A program made the position numbers and the translations under genes. A stretch of DNA of 64,000 nucleotides, taken from positions 90,396,001-90,460,000 of the forward strand of contig OZ024740.1 in assembly GCA_964016885.1 (NCBI GenBank), in the 5' to 3' direction. This DNA comes from Eledone cirrhosa. Taxonomy: Eukaryota. Positions 11,086 through 27,500 of this stretch are shown here, piece after piece (within the stretch, counting starts at the first letter, position 1; every line of letters begins with the position of its first letter). Below the pieces are notes generated by a model that did no database searches, was not told where the DNA came from, and saw only the letters and a list, made by a program, of their open reading frames with translations.

Positions 11086-14000
11086 ATATTTATTAGCCAC
11101 AGGGGCTTACATATAGGGACAATAAAATAGACCTTCACAGCAGGAGTTTATAAAAAAAACATCGAGTAAATTCAAAATAACAAAAAAATATAAAAACAAC
11201 ATTTTCTAATTGGTGGGTACCCAAAGGCGACTGAGTTACCCTATCATCCTGCACCACTCGACGCTTCGACGGCACCCTGAAATGGAACCTTATTCCTCCA
11301 CAAATTACCGAGTGTAGAAGCGAATGCTCTGAGTAGGCTCATTCACAGGGTCTATTATTGCTATATTCACCCAGCGGTTAGCAAATATACAAGGAGGCAG
11401 CACTTCAACTCCATCCTCATCTACCTTTCCAAGTGAAACTTGAAGAAGTTGACGAGGGATTGGCCGAAGAGAAATGTGTTATTCCTCAGTTCTTTCAACC
11501 AGGTGCACCACACAATCTTTTTCACTACCACCACAAGAGAGGAATGCTGCTTGCCCTTCCAGATCAAAAGAAGACGACGGGGCGATTTTCACTACGGACT
11601 TGGTCGAAAGCGAGATCAATAGCTGTTTCACATAGATGCATAAGTCAGAAATAGAAGGAGACTGGATGATTACGTTCAGAAACGCTTTTGTCGCTCTGTG
11701 CGCATCTTGGGCAAGTCCGTCTGACATCACTTCTCTGCTTGTAGAGTTTATCATGAAATTGCACTGACCTCCAGTCGTAGTGCAAAATGAGGGATTCTTT
11801 GATGTTATCCATAGTCTTCAACCCGAAACTCCTCCAAAATAGACTGGTCATTTTCAGTTCGGCGCCCACCGGAGATTCTCTGAGTGCGCTATGGCTGTTG
11901 CCCACCATTAATCCTCTATGACACTCTAGAGTGGAAGTTCCACTGACCGCATTGCACAGCTGGTGAGCAACTGGCAACATTCCAGATGCCAGGCACTCAG
12001 TCTCGTTCTCACCATTTAGGCAGAATATCTGATGATGGGAGAGTCTCAGAGAATGTCTGGACATCATTAGCTACGACATGTCCAGCCCTCGGCGTAGAGG
12101 TTTCTACAAGAGATGGATCGCTTCATCAACATAAGAAGTTGAAGAGTAGCCATTCCAATTTGGCGTTGCACGGGCAAGTATCATGGGCACTTGGTAGTAG
12201 TTGACGAAGGCAACGTACGCGTTCAACACCTCCGACATTTCAAGGATAGTTTTCTCACGGCCCATTTCTAGATAAGAGTGGCTAGCCTGTTGGTAATCTT
12301 CCAATTCTTATCCACTTGGAGGTGAGGATCGAGCCAAACCCCGAGCAACGTCATCGGTCCGTTCGCCAAGCGCCCAATATAGTTGTTGAGCCGTACGTAA
12401 TTGCCTCTTTAGGTGCCGAGATGCAAGCCCATCGACATTTGCGGGTTTCGTTTTACTCCCGTCAAACTTTCATATTCAAACTACAAAGCGGTGCTGAGCA
12501 CTTCGATTTCTGAGATGTTTGACACCATTATGGGGAAGTCATCCGCATATGTCGACACAGCGTCTCCACATCCCGGTTAGAGCAGACGCCCTGCAACAAT
12601 TCCAGTATTCGCAGTAAGAACTTGAGACTTAATACGTACAGAAGAGCGGAGAGAGGGAAACCATGCTGGACCAATCGGGGCATCTAAAACGGTTCCGAAA
12701 GATGACCATTAATATTGACACAAGAGAGGATACCACTAATCATTGCAGTGATCCAGGCTTTAAAGACGGAAACGAGGATAGCTACTTTTAAGACAGACTG
12801 TGTCTCACAGAACTGGGAATACTCCGGTTCAGCTGCCAGCTTTAGTTCAGCGCTTCGAGAAGATCTGTGAACAAATCTGGCATATCCACGTGAAGCACGT
12901 TGGTAGGACCATGTAAACAGGGTGACTCTCGTTTCGTGCAACCTGCTAGGGCATCCCGTATCTCGGCCGACGTTGTTGGCCTGTCGCAGCCGTCATAATC
13001 AGCTGTAGAGAGACGCGTAAGGCCATCTAGGTAGGGATTGAAATCCGCTACCATCTCCGGCCAACTTTTTCCCCAGAACAGTTGAGTAAAGTGATAAAAA
13101 ATGGCTCACACATCTACTTGGAATCGTTAAGCTACCGTTCTTTTCGGTCCGTCAAATATCGAATTGTGATTGTCTTTCCACGCTGCACCACTAACGCTTG
13201 AACCTATCGAACATTTTGTTCCTTCGTTTATTAGAGCTCCTGCCTTATCTCTGACAATGCAGCATTCGTGTTTGGCATTGCGGAAATTGTCTAATGCTAT
13301 TCTAGCTGCTTGCACATCAATTACAATGCCACTACCTTTTCTCTAACGTTACGTCTTTGCTAAAACATACAGCGATTCCTCTAATCTCTCATTAGGGAGC
13401 CCCCCTCCACTCCCTTCTTTGTTTTTGTCAATCCCCTTGTCAACCTTTGCTTAACTAGATTGTTGACCCAGTTGCTGTACGGCTTCCTTTTCCCAAACAA
13501 CATTTTCAGCTTCCAGTAACAAGGCCCTAACCTGCGTATATTATCTAGGTCGACTATACAAATCACAATATTGCGATCTGGATAGTCGACTGTTTTAAAG
13601 TTTGAACAACCTATACTATTCTTATCTAATGATCTAATACATTAGCTATCTATATTAGATCTAGATGACCCTATCACGTTTGTCCAAGACTACACTGGAG
13701 AAATTTAGTCAGAACCTTTCAGACAGTTGGAACTGGCTAATCAGGGACTTGAGTCTTTTGCACCCTGTTCTTATCAGCTACCACAACACAATCCCAGCGT
13801 GTAAATAAAATGCCTTTTCTGTCGCCCTCTAACAGGAAAGAGTGCGTTGAGGCTCACCTGTCTAAAAACACCACATTCACTATTCTTCAAGTCGAGGATC
13901 ACTAAATTACCGTCCGGGTCACGGCAGATCGAAACATACCTCAAGATCCAGAACATTCCTAAATAGCACTGCCAGATCACCTCTCATTACAGGCCGACAG

Positions 14001-14850
14001 AGAGATTCGAAGATCTGATTGTCGTCGAAAATGGGGACTAGAGCACCCGTGTCGTAAATCCTGGTCTCGCTGACGGCAATAACATCCATATCTAGTGACT
14101 TGAGGTAGTTCAGCAGGTGTCCCTGCCTCCAGGACGATCCCCAGGCCACGATCATTTAAACATGCTACACTTAGGTTGGCCTCGTTCGCTGGCTGAAGAA
14201 GGAGGTATAGTTTATTTACCTCACGGGGGCTTGTGGAAGTCGGGTGGTTCAACATCCATATATTTTTTTTTTTTTAATAACCCCTTTAAAAGTTTTGAAA
14301 TATGTTTCATATTCGGGTTCTCACGTCCAAAGAAAGCTCATCCTAATCATCTTGTATACTGTGAGTAACATATCGTTATCACATACGTTAAATGTGCTGG
14401 TGCCGAATATTTCCCCGTTGTTTTCTATGTCTTTATACCCTTCGCTATGTTCTCAGTCTCATCTCTGATGTCCCACAGTACAACTTTGACTTCTGCTTGG
14501 AGAGTGAACGTCGCCTTTTCAGTCTTCACTGAAATGCATCTAAAAACCGCCATTCACATCATCACTGGTTCTATGGTCGCTACCAGGACGGTTAAGTTGG
14601 TCGCGGCTTGCTTTGGTTTAATGAGCTTCCGGGCCAACAATTATTTTGGCTACTGTCTATGCTAAAGGACGAAAGTGTTCCTGTTATTGCCCGTGTTGCT
14701 GGTCACATTTTTCTTTGTAATATTATTGTTGTTGATGCTTTTGTTGTTGCAGTTGGTGTCGTTGTTGTCGTTATTCTTTTTTCATTCGTCTCTCGACAGG
14801 TGTTACAATTTGAGTGCGCTCTTGTGTTATTCTGATTATTATTCAATGTG
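11070..14850 (-). mobile_element. Tx1-clade LINE copy 2, highly decayed
   Basis: WGSSWRQGHLLN..MDVIAVSET, RLGPCYWKL, NGHLSEPF, TCPRC. The 3' end reads gcccctgtggctAATAAAtatatt(att) on the minus strand. Confidence 0.85.
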
Positions 14851-15747
14851 TCTTGTTGAACTTTCGATATTTTGTATAGATAAACAAACCAGTAACCTCT
14901 GGAGATGGTTAGTTTTCCTCTACATGTTGCCCTTAGAATTGAAATCTATGCTTGCTTTCCAAACACTCTTATTAGCTTACTAATTGTTTTTAATATATTA
15001 AGTGACGAACGACAGGAATATTCTCTGCTGAAATGAAAAGGGAGTTGTCCACTAGATGGGATACCCAATGTCTTTAACAACGATACTGCAGCAGAAAACA
15101 ACAAATTCTGCATCACTATCTATCAAACTCAACATGTCACTTGAGTATATATCTATATTGTTAATTTTATTGTTTTCGTGCTTTGTTGTTATGTTGCTTA
15201 TTTTCTGAAGATAGATATACAGGAGAACATACGTAAGTATGTGGCTCTTCAGAGAGTGTCAAACAGAGGGAATAACTTGGAGACAAAACAAAAAGCATAG
15301 ATAGATGGCTAGGTGCAAACGTAGAATTATAGGCTTTATATATGAATATAGTTTGCTATTATTAAACTTAACGCATTTGGTGAGAGAATACATTAACCCA
15401 CCAGCAAATATTTCTAGTACTAAAACGAAGTGGGGATAATTCTAAGTAATTTAATCTATATTCTGAATTAATTGATGTAATTAAAGAAATTTATGATTAA
15501 TGTTTGCGTGTAATAGATAGGATTACTAGAAATTATATTTCGTTTTATCAACTTTTTCTCTATTGTACATTCAAGGGTACGGCATGGAAAGTAGGAGAAC
15601 AAAATATACAATATGAATAAATATGACAAACACATTTCACCGAAAATTTATTTTGCAATGATAAACAGAAGTATTAGATAACGGTTACAATCATCAATAG
15701 TAATTTCAGTCCACCAATGAAAATACATATTGTTACACACATCCTTA

Positions 15748-15826
15748 CAAAAACGGATACTTCGTTCACTTCCCAGTAGGCTGATTCTTTTGGTACAATG
15801 AAGTCTTCACCAATAAGTGTGAACAC
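15748..15826 (-). other. Candidate exon (VFTLIGEDFIVPKESAYWEVNEVSVF)
   Basis: Open frame ending TTT|gtaagg. The acceptor is a weak GAG. Confidence 0.3.
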
Positions 15827-16302
15827 GCTCAGAGAACGTTGTTAACAATGTTAACACTAGTTACATTTTAAACACTGAGGCCATGAGAAATTACTTGTTA
15901 ACGGTCTGAATTTCGATAGGGGTGTCGAGATTATGAAACAAAATTACTAGATCGAAATTATAATAAGTAGGATTATGATGACTACTCGAAAATTCGATGC
16001 TTTCTCAAGACTAGTATTTGCTTCTAGGAGAGCGGCAGATTGCTACAAATATGGTTTGGAAGACGATTGTTTAATTTTTTAATTTAAATGTAGTGAGTTA
16101 ATCTGTCACTTTCGCCAATTAAGGAGACAGCGTGTTGAAACCCTATCAATAACATTCTCTAAAATTAACCAGTAAATATGGCTTCTATCTTGATAGATGT
16201 TTAAACATTTATCAGTATATCTAATTAGGAAGAATTTGAAGATGCAAATTATCCCTCAATTTATTACTTTAAAATTCATTTGAAAGGTGTAAAATATCTG
16301 CC

Positions 16303-16333
16303 ACACACACACACACACCAAACACACACACCC

Positions 16334-16426
<93 letters not shown>
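16303..16426. repeat. (CA)n microsatellite
   Basis: Seen directly. Confidence 0.97.
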
Positions 16427-16428
<2 letters not shown>

Positions 16429-17660
16429 TATATAATCACTTATAAAGATGATAATAATATGAGGTTAATAGAAGAAGAAATAGATAGGCATAACATTATA
16501 ACGTTAATTATCGTACTGGGAAAGCAACCAGAGTTGCCAATATCAATCATAAAATGTCAAAAATGATTCACAGGTTTAAATTCTGTTTTAATTAATGTAC
16601 TATCAATTTCACTAAATTTGCGCTCTAAAACATACAGCTACTTGAAATAACCGGAAATAATTGTGTGACCGCGTATCTATTACATTTAAATGCAAATTTT
16701 GAAGGCTACATTGACATATATATTTTCAGAAAGTAACGGCATTAAATGAGGGCATAAGTCATGTTTAGAATTTAAATAAACTTAAATGTATATATATATA
16801 TATACAGTCTCTGGAATTAATTTAAGAAGATATTACCAACTAGGACCTATATAGATGTACTTTTTATATTTTGTGTGTGTATATTTGTATTCTTTCTTCT
16901 GTATAACTCTTTATGGACTTGTAGGGGTGCCACATTGACATACAGTGTATCTATGGCATTTTTTAACCGGGGGGGTAGGGGGGGGTATTGTCTTCCCTCT
17001 AGACCTAAATGCAGTTGATTTCTTCCAGAGAAGGCTAGGGAGTGAGAGAATGAAAGTGAGGAAGAGTTATAGAAGTAGAATCGATTCCAGGACAATAATG
17101 GTACTTTATATCGACCAACAATGGATACAAACTAAGTTGACTTTAGTGGAAATTGAACTAACGAAGAAGAATACCGAATAATCACCGCAAAATGACTCCG
17201 CCAATTCACAGACTCTAATGACTCTGCCAATTCAGAGGCTCTATATATGTTTATTATTGGTTATAACATTATCTGTGTCTCTAGTAACCTTCATTATGTT
17301 ATCATTTATAAACGCATACATAACCATTTGCAAAAAGACAAACAAACGTAACCAGAAACTCACACACACACAAGTCACACATATATATCATGCAGACTAA
17401 CAGACACCAACACGAACTAAATAATCACCATTAAACATATAATCCAAAATATACAGGCAACCAAACAATAAAATCAACAAAATACAAATTTAAACGAGTC
17501 ATGCACGTAGAAACTGAAATGTTAGGATCAGGGCATTATGACCATTTTATCTCCTAGACTTACATTTATTTGAAGAACTAACTTATGATATAAAGACAAA
17601 CAGTGAAACTATTGAATAGGTGTGCCGTTGCTGTCTATGTTCGTATTATCTAAATCCTGG

Positions 17661-17761
<101 letters not shown>

Positions 17762-17815
17762 CTCTGATACCATCAACACCATAAACACAAATATGGCATA
17801 TCTAAGAACTGATTA

Positions 17816-17871
17816 GCTGCCTGATGAGGTCATAGCCATCCAATGGCTATCATCGAAATATATGTAGCAGT
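17816..17871 (+). ncRNA. Type I hammerhead ribozyme in a ~160-bp PLE terminal fragment (17760-17918)
   Basis: gctgc-CTGATGA-ggtc atagccat cca atggctat catc-GAAA-tatatg-TA-gcagt. A homologue lies inverted at 62570-62730. Confidence 0.75.
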
Positions 17872-17912
17872 AAATAACGGATTATGTGTTCATGCATTTG
17901 ACTTATGTTTCG

Positions 17913-18978
<1,066 letters not shown>

Positions 18979-18980
<2 letters not shown>

Positions 18981-19625
18981 CTTTTGATTAATTCCTTTTT
19001 TCTTTCAAACGAGCACCCCCACCCATCCCACTCCCCACCATCTCCTACAATCAGAATGGATATAAGTGCCACCACATTTATTTGGACAGTCGGATTCTTA
19101 ATGATTTCTCAAGAATGAAACAGTTCTATTCCTGTAGAATCTCATCTATATTAAACCTTTTATACTCGGAGGTAACCACAGTAAATAAGGTACTCAATAC
19201 ATAGCAGAGTATAAAAGTTTTAATATAGATGAGATTCTACAGGAATAGAACTGTTTCATTCTTGAGAAATCATTACGAATCCGACTGTCCAAATAAATGT
19301 GGTGGCACTTATATCCATTCTAATTGTAGGAGATGGTGGGGATTGTGATCGGTGGAGGTGATCCGTTGAAAGAAAAAGGAATTCATCAAAAGCCAAATCC
19401 TCAAAGCCACAATTCATATTTAGAGTGACAAAGGCAGACAGAACTCCTCCAGAATGGATATAAGTGCCACCACATTTATTTGGACAGTCGGACTCCTAAT
19501 GATTTCTCAAGAATGAAACAGTTCTAGTCCTGTATAATCTCATCTATATTAAAACCTTTATACTCTGCTATGTATTGAGTACCATACTTCCTGTGGTTAC
19601 CTCCGACTCAACCCGGAATAACTTA

Positions 19626-19626
<1 letters not shown>
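18979..19626. mobile_element. Three alternating-orientation pieces of a PLE 3' terminal repeat (family of 38825-39190 and 50455-50892)
   Basis: + (18979-19165), - (19166-19445), + (19446-19626). HHR cores are mutated (TTAATGA/GTAATGA/CTAATGA..GAAAcagttcta). Confidence 0.78.
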
Positions 19627-19692
<66 letters not shown>

Positions 19693-19749
19693 GTGTGTAC
19701 GTGTATGTATATATGTATATATATATATATATATATATACACTTACACA

Positions 19750-20618
<869 letters not shown>

Positions 20619-20759
20619 AAAGGGGACAAGCTTCGTGCTTACAGTAAGAGCACCCTGGTCAAAACAAAATAATTGATTAAGAAAATGATATCATGATCGA
20701 ATTGATGTATTATATATATATATATATATATATATAAATATATATAACAAACATTGATG

Positions 20760-20817
<58 letters not shown>

Positions 20818-21158
20818 CGAAAAGGTAAGACGGTTTCATTTGAACATCCCTATTTATTTTGTTATACGTATTTCAAAGACGTCTTCTCGTTAAAAAAAGA
20901 CTAATCTAAAGGAATAAAACGATTGACTGGTAACGTATTAATGGATATTTACGTCTCGTTTTGATTTTGTCTCAACAGAATATGTAAAGTTGTTGTTATA
21001 CAATTGCATTACATCTTTGAAATAAGTATAACACAATAAATAGGGATTTACAAATTAAACCGTCGTTCTTATTATTATAATTAAACACAGGATGAAGAAA
21101 AACCGTGGAATGCTTTACTAAGAAAAATCGGCAGATTCTCAATCAACAAACTTTCTTC

Positions 21159-21213
<55 letters not shown>

Positions 21214-22109
21214 AAAGAATAGAGGTATAACAGCAAGGAATAGAGGTGTAACAGCAAGGAATCTCACTTTATTAACAAATACGGACCCCGTCTAAACACT
21301 TCTCCCTAAGACGAACCCACAACATACACACGTCAACATACATACCTACATCAGCATACATCTCTATCCAAATATAAACACAATGACATACGTAAACACA
21401 CATGTTCTATGATGCAACACAAATATACACAAATTTGCATACCGTTTGATGTCTATAGTTATAAACGTGCCGACAGACACACATACATATACGCACACAT
21501 GCATTGCACACAGATGGGCACATACATATTTGTACACAAGTATTCCAATACGGCAAGGCCTAATGGATTCCCCTTGCAGTACGTATAACCTGGACACTCA
21601 CACACACCTTGGTATTATGCCAATACTATATATCATTTCACACCTTTTATTATTAAGGTTTTTGATGTTTTGAGAGAATCGTTTTTACTGAAAATATCGA
21701 ATAATGTACACCATTTTTACCAGTATCACAAAAATACTGCTCCACTCACACACACACACACATTCTCACACACACACACACACACATATATATATACAAA
21801 CACACACACACATATACACACACACATACACACGCGTACATTAACATAGAAAGAGACATTTATACACACAAACACACACACACACTTTTCCGTATAAGAC
21901 AAGAGCTGAAAAATATCTTTTAACATGTTAAAATATCCCCCACACACCTACAGACACATTCCTACTGACCATCCCTCTACCACGAATTACTCTGCTACAC
22001 ACACACACGCACACACACACACACACACTTGTCTTAATAGGCATTTGAACTGTCAACAGGCTGCGGTTCGCACACACATCTCTGCTGGTCATTATCACAG
22101 CAACGAACG

Positions 22110-22226
22110 GCGGTGAATTGGCAGTATCGGTAGAGGGTTGGACGCCATGCTTTCTAGCTCAGTTACGTCCCTTTACGGTCCGAGTTCAAATCCCGCCGAG
22201 GTGGCCTTGTGCCAAAAGTAGAAACA
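22110..22226 (+). mobile_element. SINE with internal deletion, 19-bp TSD
   Basis: TSD attatcacagcaacgaacg at 22091-22109 and 22227-22245. Confidence 0.9.
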
Positions 22227-22662
22227 ATTATCACAGCAACGAACGTCTTTACTACTACTACTACTACTACACACACACACACACATATTTGTCTTGAAAT
22301 ACTTATTTTTCAGTGACTTCTCAATCAGCCCAGACAAACCTACATTTGGCTGAAAATCAATTTTTAACATTCACATGACCTCTACCGACCAATCAAAATT
22401 GTTTTGACCACAATAATTTTTTCATACATCAGGAGCCACTTTTTTTACATAAAACAGGTAGAATTTTCAAAACTAATCAGATTAGAGCAAACATCACGGG
22501 CACTCTATCTCAAAATTATTTTTGAAAAGCATTAGAAATGCGCAACCGGTAAAACTTAAAACCAAAACTGAATACTAACCAATACTATTACTAAGTTTTA
22601 CTTATTCCTAATTAAACTATTTTTCACTGGGAACAATTTGTCAGCATTTTCTTTTCCTTTTA

Positions 22663-22704
<42 letters not shown>

Positions 22705-22705
<1 letters not shown>

Positions 22706-23193
22706 CGAAGGAAATGTGGTAAGGAACCAGGTGGACCATAACGCACCAAAGTACTCAATACTTAGGGTAGTAGAGTGGGTAATAGGAACGAGTAGCACCC
22801 CGACGGCTGAGCTCAATCCGTTTCGACGGCTAATTCTGGACTAAATGAACATTTTTATCCTGGTATATAAATACCCTAGGCTCTCAGGGGGTAATTCCAT
22901 ATATGGTAAAAGTGATTGTCACAAGGATTGGTCAAAATTTTGTTGTTGAGACATATAATTCTATCATGGCAATTTGTGGAAGGAAGGGGTAGCTGAAGCT
23001 GCCAGTAGAAGAAAGAGGGAGAGGGAGTGGAGGAAACCCTTTTGACCAATCCTTGTCGCAATCACTATTACCATAAATGGAATTACCCCCTGAGAAGCTC
23101 GGCTATTCATATAGTAGGATAACAATTTTCATTTAATCCAGATCTAGCCGTCGAAACGGCTTGAGCTCAGCCGTCGGGGTCCTACTCGTTCCT

Positions 23194-23195
<2 letters not shown>
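22705..23195. mobile_element. Inverted-pair PLE terminal insertion with ~155-bp arms and decayed HHR (23085-23180)
   Basis: 22783-22940 is the reverse complement of 23040-23195. Shows acccc-CTGAGAA..GAAA-cggcttgagctcagccg-TC-ggggt. Confidence 0.78.
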
Positions 23196-23257
<62 letters not shown>

Positions 23258-23258
23258 G

Positions 23259-23305
<47 letters not shown>

Positions 23306-23394
23306 ATCAAGTAAAGTAACGGTGTAAAAGATTCCCCTGTAATTTAATGAGCTGAAATGAAAAAATTCCTTGGAACTTCAAAATACAATATAGA

Positions 23395-23575
23395 GAAGAA
23401 AAAACACACGATAATGTGTTTTCAACTACAGGGGTTGTAAGACCACTAGAGTGAAAAAACATATGCTTTTAATTATAGTGGGTTCCCTCAAACTTTCGTA
23501 GTTTATATGCTTTTCACACAAGTGGTCCTATACCCATTGTAATTGAAAATACATTATCTTGCGTTTTTATTTTCT
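23395..23575. repeat. Imperfect inverted repeat (~65-bp arms)
   Basis: gataatgtgttttcaactaca..gaccactagagtgaaaa versus ttttcacacaagtggtc..tgtaattgaaaatacattatc. Confidence 0.7.
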
Positions 23576-23643
23576 ATATTGCATACACACACACATATAC
23601 ACTGACACACACAGACACACACACCACACACACACATATAAAT

Positions 23644-23760
<117 letters not shown>

Positions 23761-24113
23761 ATATTATTTGTTGTGTGCAACTATACACAAATCAAATAGA
23801 CTAATATGGATGAAATGTACAATATTTGCACTCAAATATCGCCAAGATAATATGAATGTGTTCCCGGGCCTTATGTGCAAACTATAGCTAGACGAAGATA
23901 AGTTACCACCAAGTATGATAATGCGTGATTTAAAATATTGAAATATATTTACCCGACGTGTAATTTGTGTTATTCTTTTCCTCTACCTCTTTGCTGCAGT
24001 TCCTTTGATTATTTTTTTAATCAAGAGTAATTGTTTTTTACATTATAATATATTACGTTGCACTAAGATTTTGCTACAATTCAGGTTAAGCTGAATTGAA
24101 AAATACATTCTAC

Positions 24114-24311
24114 CTTTGATTATGTCGTTTTAGCATGGTCATGATTACCAACAAGATCGTCTTTTGCTCCATCAATTCTATATCATGTGCGATGTGAGAT
24201 AGTTGTCCAGTGTTTTCGTGTTGAGTTGTTTTCAATCGATTAATATGTTTTTCAGCTATTTTGAGCCTACCAAATAGTGTTAATTTCAAAGCTGGATTCA
24301 TATCGGTGTCT
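24114..24311 (-). other. Candidate coding exon, 198 nt, phase 2-2
   Basis: aaacag|A GAC ACC GAT ATG AAT..CAA AG|gtagaa. Open frame DTDMNPALKLTLFGRLK..KRHNQ. Confidence 0.42.
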
Positions 24312-24380
24312 CTGTTTTAATTTGAAATACAACATTAAATGATAAATTGACGTTAAAACATCTACCATATAGTGTATGAT

Positions 24381-24570
24381 AGTTGGTGGATTGGCAGTAT
24401 CGGTAGAGGGTCGGGCACTATGCTTTCCAGTATAGAGTTATGTCCCTTTACGGTCTGAGTTCAATTCTCGCCGAGGTTAACTTTGTCTTTCATCCTTACG
24501 GGGTCGATGAAATAAGTACTAGTAATGCACTGTATAATTGCTGGCCTTGTGCCAAAAGTAGAAACAATGA
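24381..24570 (+). mobile_element. tRNA-derived SINE
   Basis: A-box tggcagtatcggtag, B-box gagttcaattctc, central tttcatccttacggggtcga, tail ggccttgtgccaaaagtagaaac. Confidence 0.9.
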
Positions 24571-27500
24571 TTTAAAAAAACATTTGGCCTTGTGACTATA
24601 TAAGAAACCATTATTTTAAAAACAGTATATAAATTAGATATGAAGAAAACAATATTTCATATGTTACTACAATATAAATTTCTTGTTTCATTTGTCTTTT
24701 AATAATTTTTTTATGATGTGGCATTTAATAGTAGACACCAACACTCACAACAGACTTTAAATATTGTGCAAGGAATCAGGTTTGTTATAGAAGTAAAACC
24801 CCAACCTAGATGCCATGATGTAACAATCCTTTACAGTAGAACATTTTGCTCATTAAAAATATGTTATATGATTTAAAAGAAATATATCAGCTGTGGAATT
24901 GAAATATTTTTGATTTGTGAAATTGAAATTAAATTCTGAGATTGGGACACGGAATTATACGTAGAATATGATTGGAGAGTCCAACGCAATGCAATTACGT
25001 ATCATCTTGAGGATATCACATTCATCTATCCATAAGGAATATTTGTATACTAAACACCTGCGTCCCGATGATTTCTCATTGCAATTGAATAAGTTATGCT
25101 CGTTAACAAACATGGACTGCGAGCAATTTAGTATTTAATTCGTTTTCGAATACACGTGTTTAATCTCTCACTCCATTTTTTTTTCTCTTCTAACTTTCTG
25201 CATATATATATATATGTGTGTGCGTGTGTGTGTTTGTGTGACAGAGAAAGAGATTGTGTGTGCGTGTGCTTGTGCGTGAATTATGTGAGTGAACATGTTA
25301 GAATGGAAATGTCCAATAAAATCACGGGAGATGTATAAGGAAATCTGGTATTTCTGAAAAGTTACTAATGAACAAGAGAAAAAGAAACACACACACGCAT
25401 GTACACACGCATTCGCACACACACACCCACACACACACATATATATATATATATAATGTGCATGCATTGATATATCATGTATAGTAATCATAGTTAAACG
25501 AAATTAACACGAATCGGTGTATCATCAATAATTTATACACGATATGTATAACGTATCTCATCGTGATATCAAATATGAGACGTTGATAGTGTTCAGTGAA
25601 TATACAACATGAAGCTTTATAAAAAACTGACAATTAAAAGCAGAGAAAATGTCATATTCAGCCCTAATTATTTCTCTCTCTCATCGTTTTATAATTGATT
25701 GTTCGTACTAGTGTTATTGCAATTGATTGTAGTTACACACTTTCATGATTTTCGCTTATCGAAATAGAAAAAAATACACATATTACCAAATTCTAAAATT
25801 CGTTAGACAGCAGATATATGTTTGTCAATAAACGACACACATCTATATCCTGACGAAAGTCTAAATATTGCTAAATTCTCTGCGTAAAATTAACATACAT
25901 ATCTGTAGACATGATTTCTTATTTATTCATTATTTGTGTTATCTTATACGTATTTTACAAACAAAGAGGTTTTCAAATATATTGCGAAAAAATCATTTCA
26001 ATTGCAACACCAATTTAATGAGTGAAAATTTAACAAAACATTCAGCTGAGAAGATAGAAGTGCCACCTCCAATTCGTCGCATGTCGATGACTTATAATAA
26101 TATCCGTATGCGGATTTTCATAACATTTTAGTATTCACAGCGCAAAATATAGCCGTAAACACCTGGAAACTATATGTATAGAAAAATGTCGGGTCAAGAT
26201 ATAAACTCATGGAAAAGAAAGAGTGCCTAAAGCTGGAAATAAGAAAAATGAGGGGTACAGAGAGAGAGAGAAAAAAGAAGTGGAGAGAAAATATATAGAT
26301 GGAGCAGGACCTGTGAAGAAATACGAAAACAATTTTAAAAGGATGCAGAGAAGAAGGGGAAAGTTATCTAACGAGAAATATAAATTTAGCGTCATACGAA
26401 TCATCAGCTCCCATCAAGATTAACACAGTTTCTCGCGGAAGAGGAGAGTCTATGTATATAAGTGTTGCCCGCGTAACAGAACTTAGATTGCTGTTGTTCT
26501 GGCGCTGGAATAGAGGAACAAGAGAGCAGTTGGGCACGGCAGGAAAAGCGGCAGTCTGGTATTCTGAAGGGAACAACTGCAGAAGTAGGAGACAAGAGAA
26601 TGGAAGTATAAGTACCGCCAGTGGCAACAACAAGGGAAGCTGTAGCAAGTGAAATATATATAGATAAGCAGTGAGGAGGGAAGAGAATGAGAGATAAACT
26701 CCATTCGATTTTAGTATCTAGATTTTTACGGCTACCCTTAGCGTTGAAAGAACTACAATCTTATGAAACTGCATATACATTCATCGCTTCAAACCTTTTC
26801 ATTTAATGTTTTCATACATAATTTGAACAATTTTGGCTTCCTAAATCAAACGAATACGGTGCCAGAGACATGCAACTCTTTGTACATTTATCTATCTACC
26901 CATTTTCTCTCTCCTTCTCTTCCCGCCTCTCTTTCTATTTTTTTTCGTCTATAATCGCCTCCTGAAATGTCTGATTCTATATACAACTCTTTTATATTTA
27001 AATTTATTTAAACCAGAAAATGAGTCATATGAAATGCACTACCTCAGACAGAGAGAGAGAGAGAGAGAGTAAATGTTTATTACAAGTTAGAGAATAATTG
27101 ATTTAATATTATTTTTAACACATTTATTGTTAATCACCATCCACATATTTTTGTGTACTATCATTGTTGCAGAATTAGTATCTAATTAGATTTGTTTATA
27201 CTATTGAAAGTTACTACACAACTAATTAGTTTTACTGGATTAAATGAAATATTCTTTTCTATACTTATTTGGACAAATCTTCTAATAATGGGTATACTGT
27301 TTAAAGGTTTTTCTTTGCAGTATCATAGGGGATTCCTCTGGATACATTATTAAAATATTTATTTGAAAATTAATTTAAGGTTGTAAGAATATTTACATGT
27401 CATCCGATAAAAGCTATATAGCCTGGGATTTACTTCCATCTTGAGATATTAGAAATGAAAGAGTAATATTTATACCAATAATTATAATTAAGCCAGCGTG

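Noticed and set aside
20815-21170. Possible decayed minus-strand hammerhead (CTGTTGA..GAAAtacgTA) between TA tracts
   Set aside because: The core is mutated and stem I does not pair. It is likely a PLE remnant but not supportable.
26207-26704. Purine-rich, slightly GC-richer segment with tatataag as promoter or coding region
   Set aside because: Only short ORFs with no recognisable motifs, and TATA-like strings are ubiquitous here.
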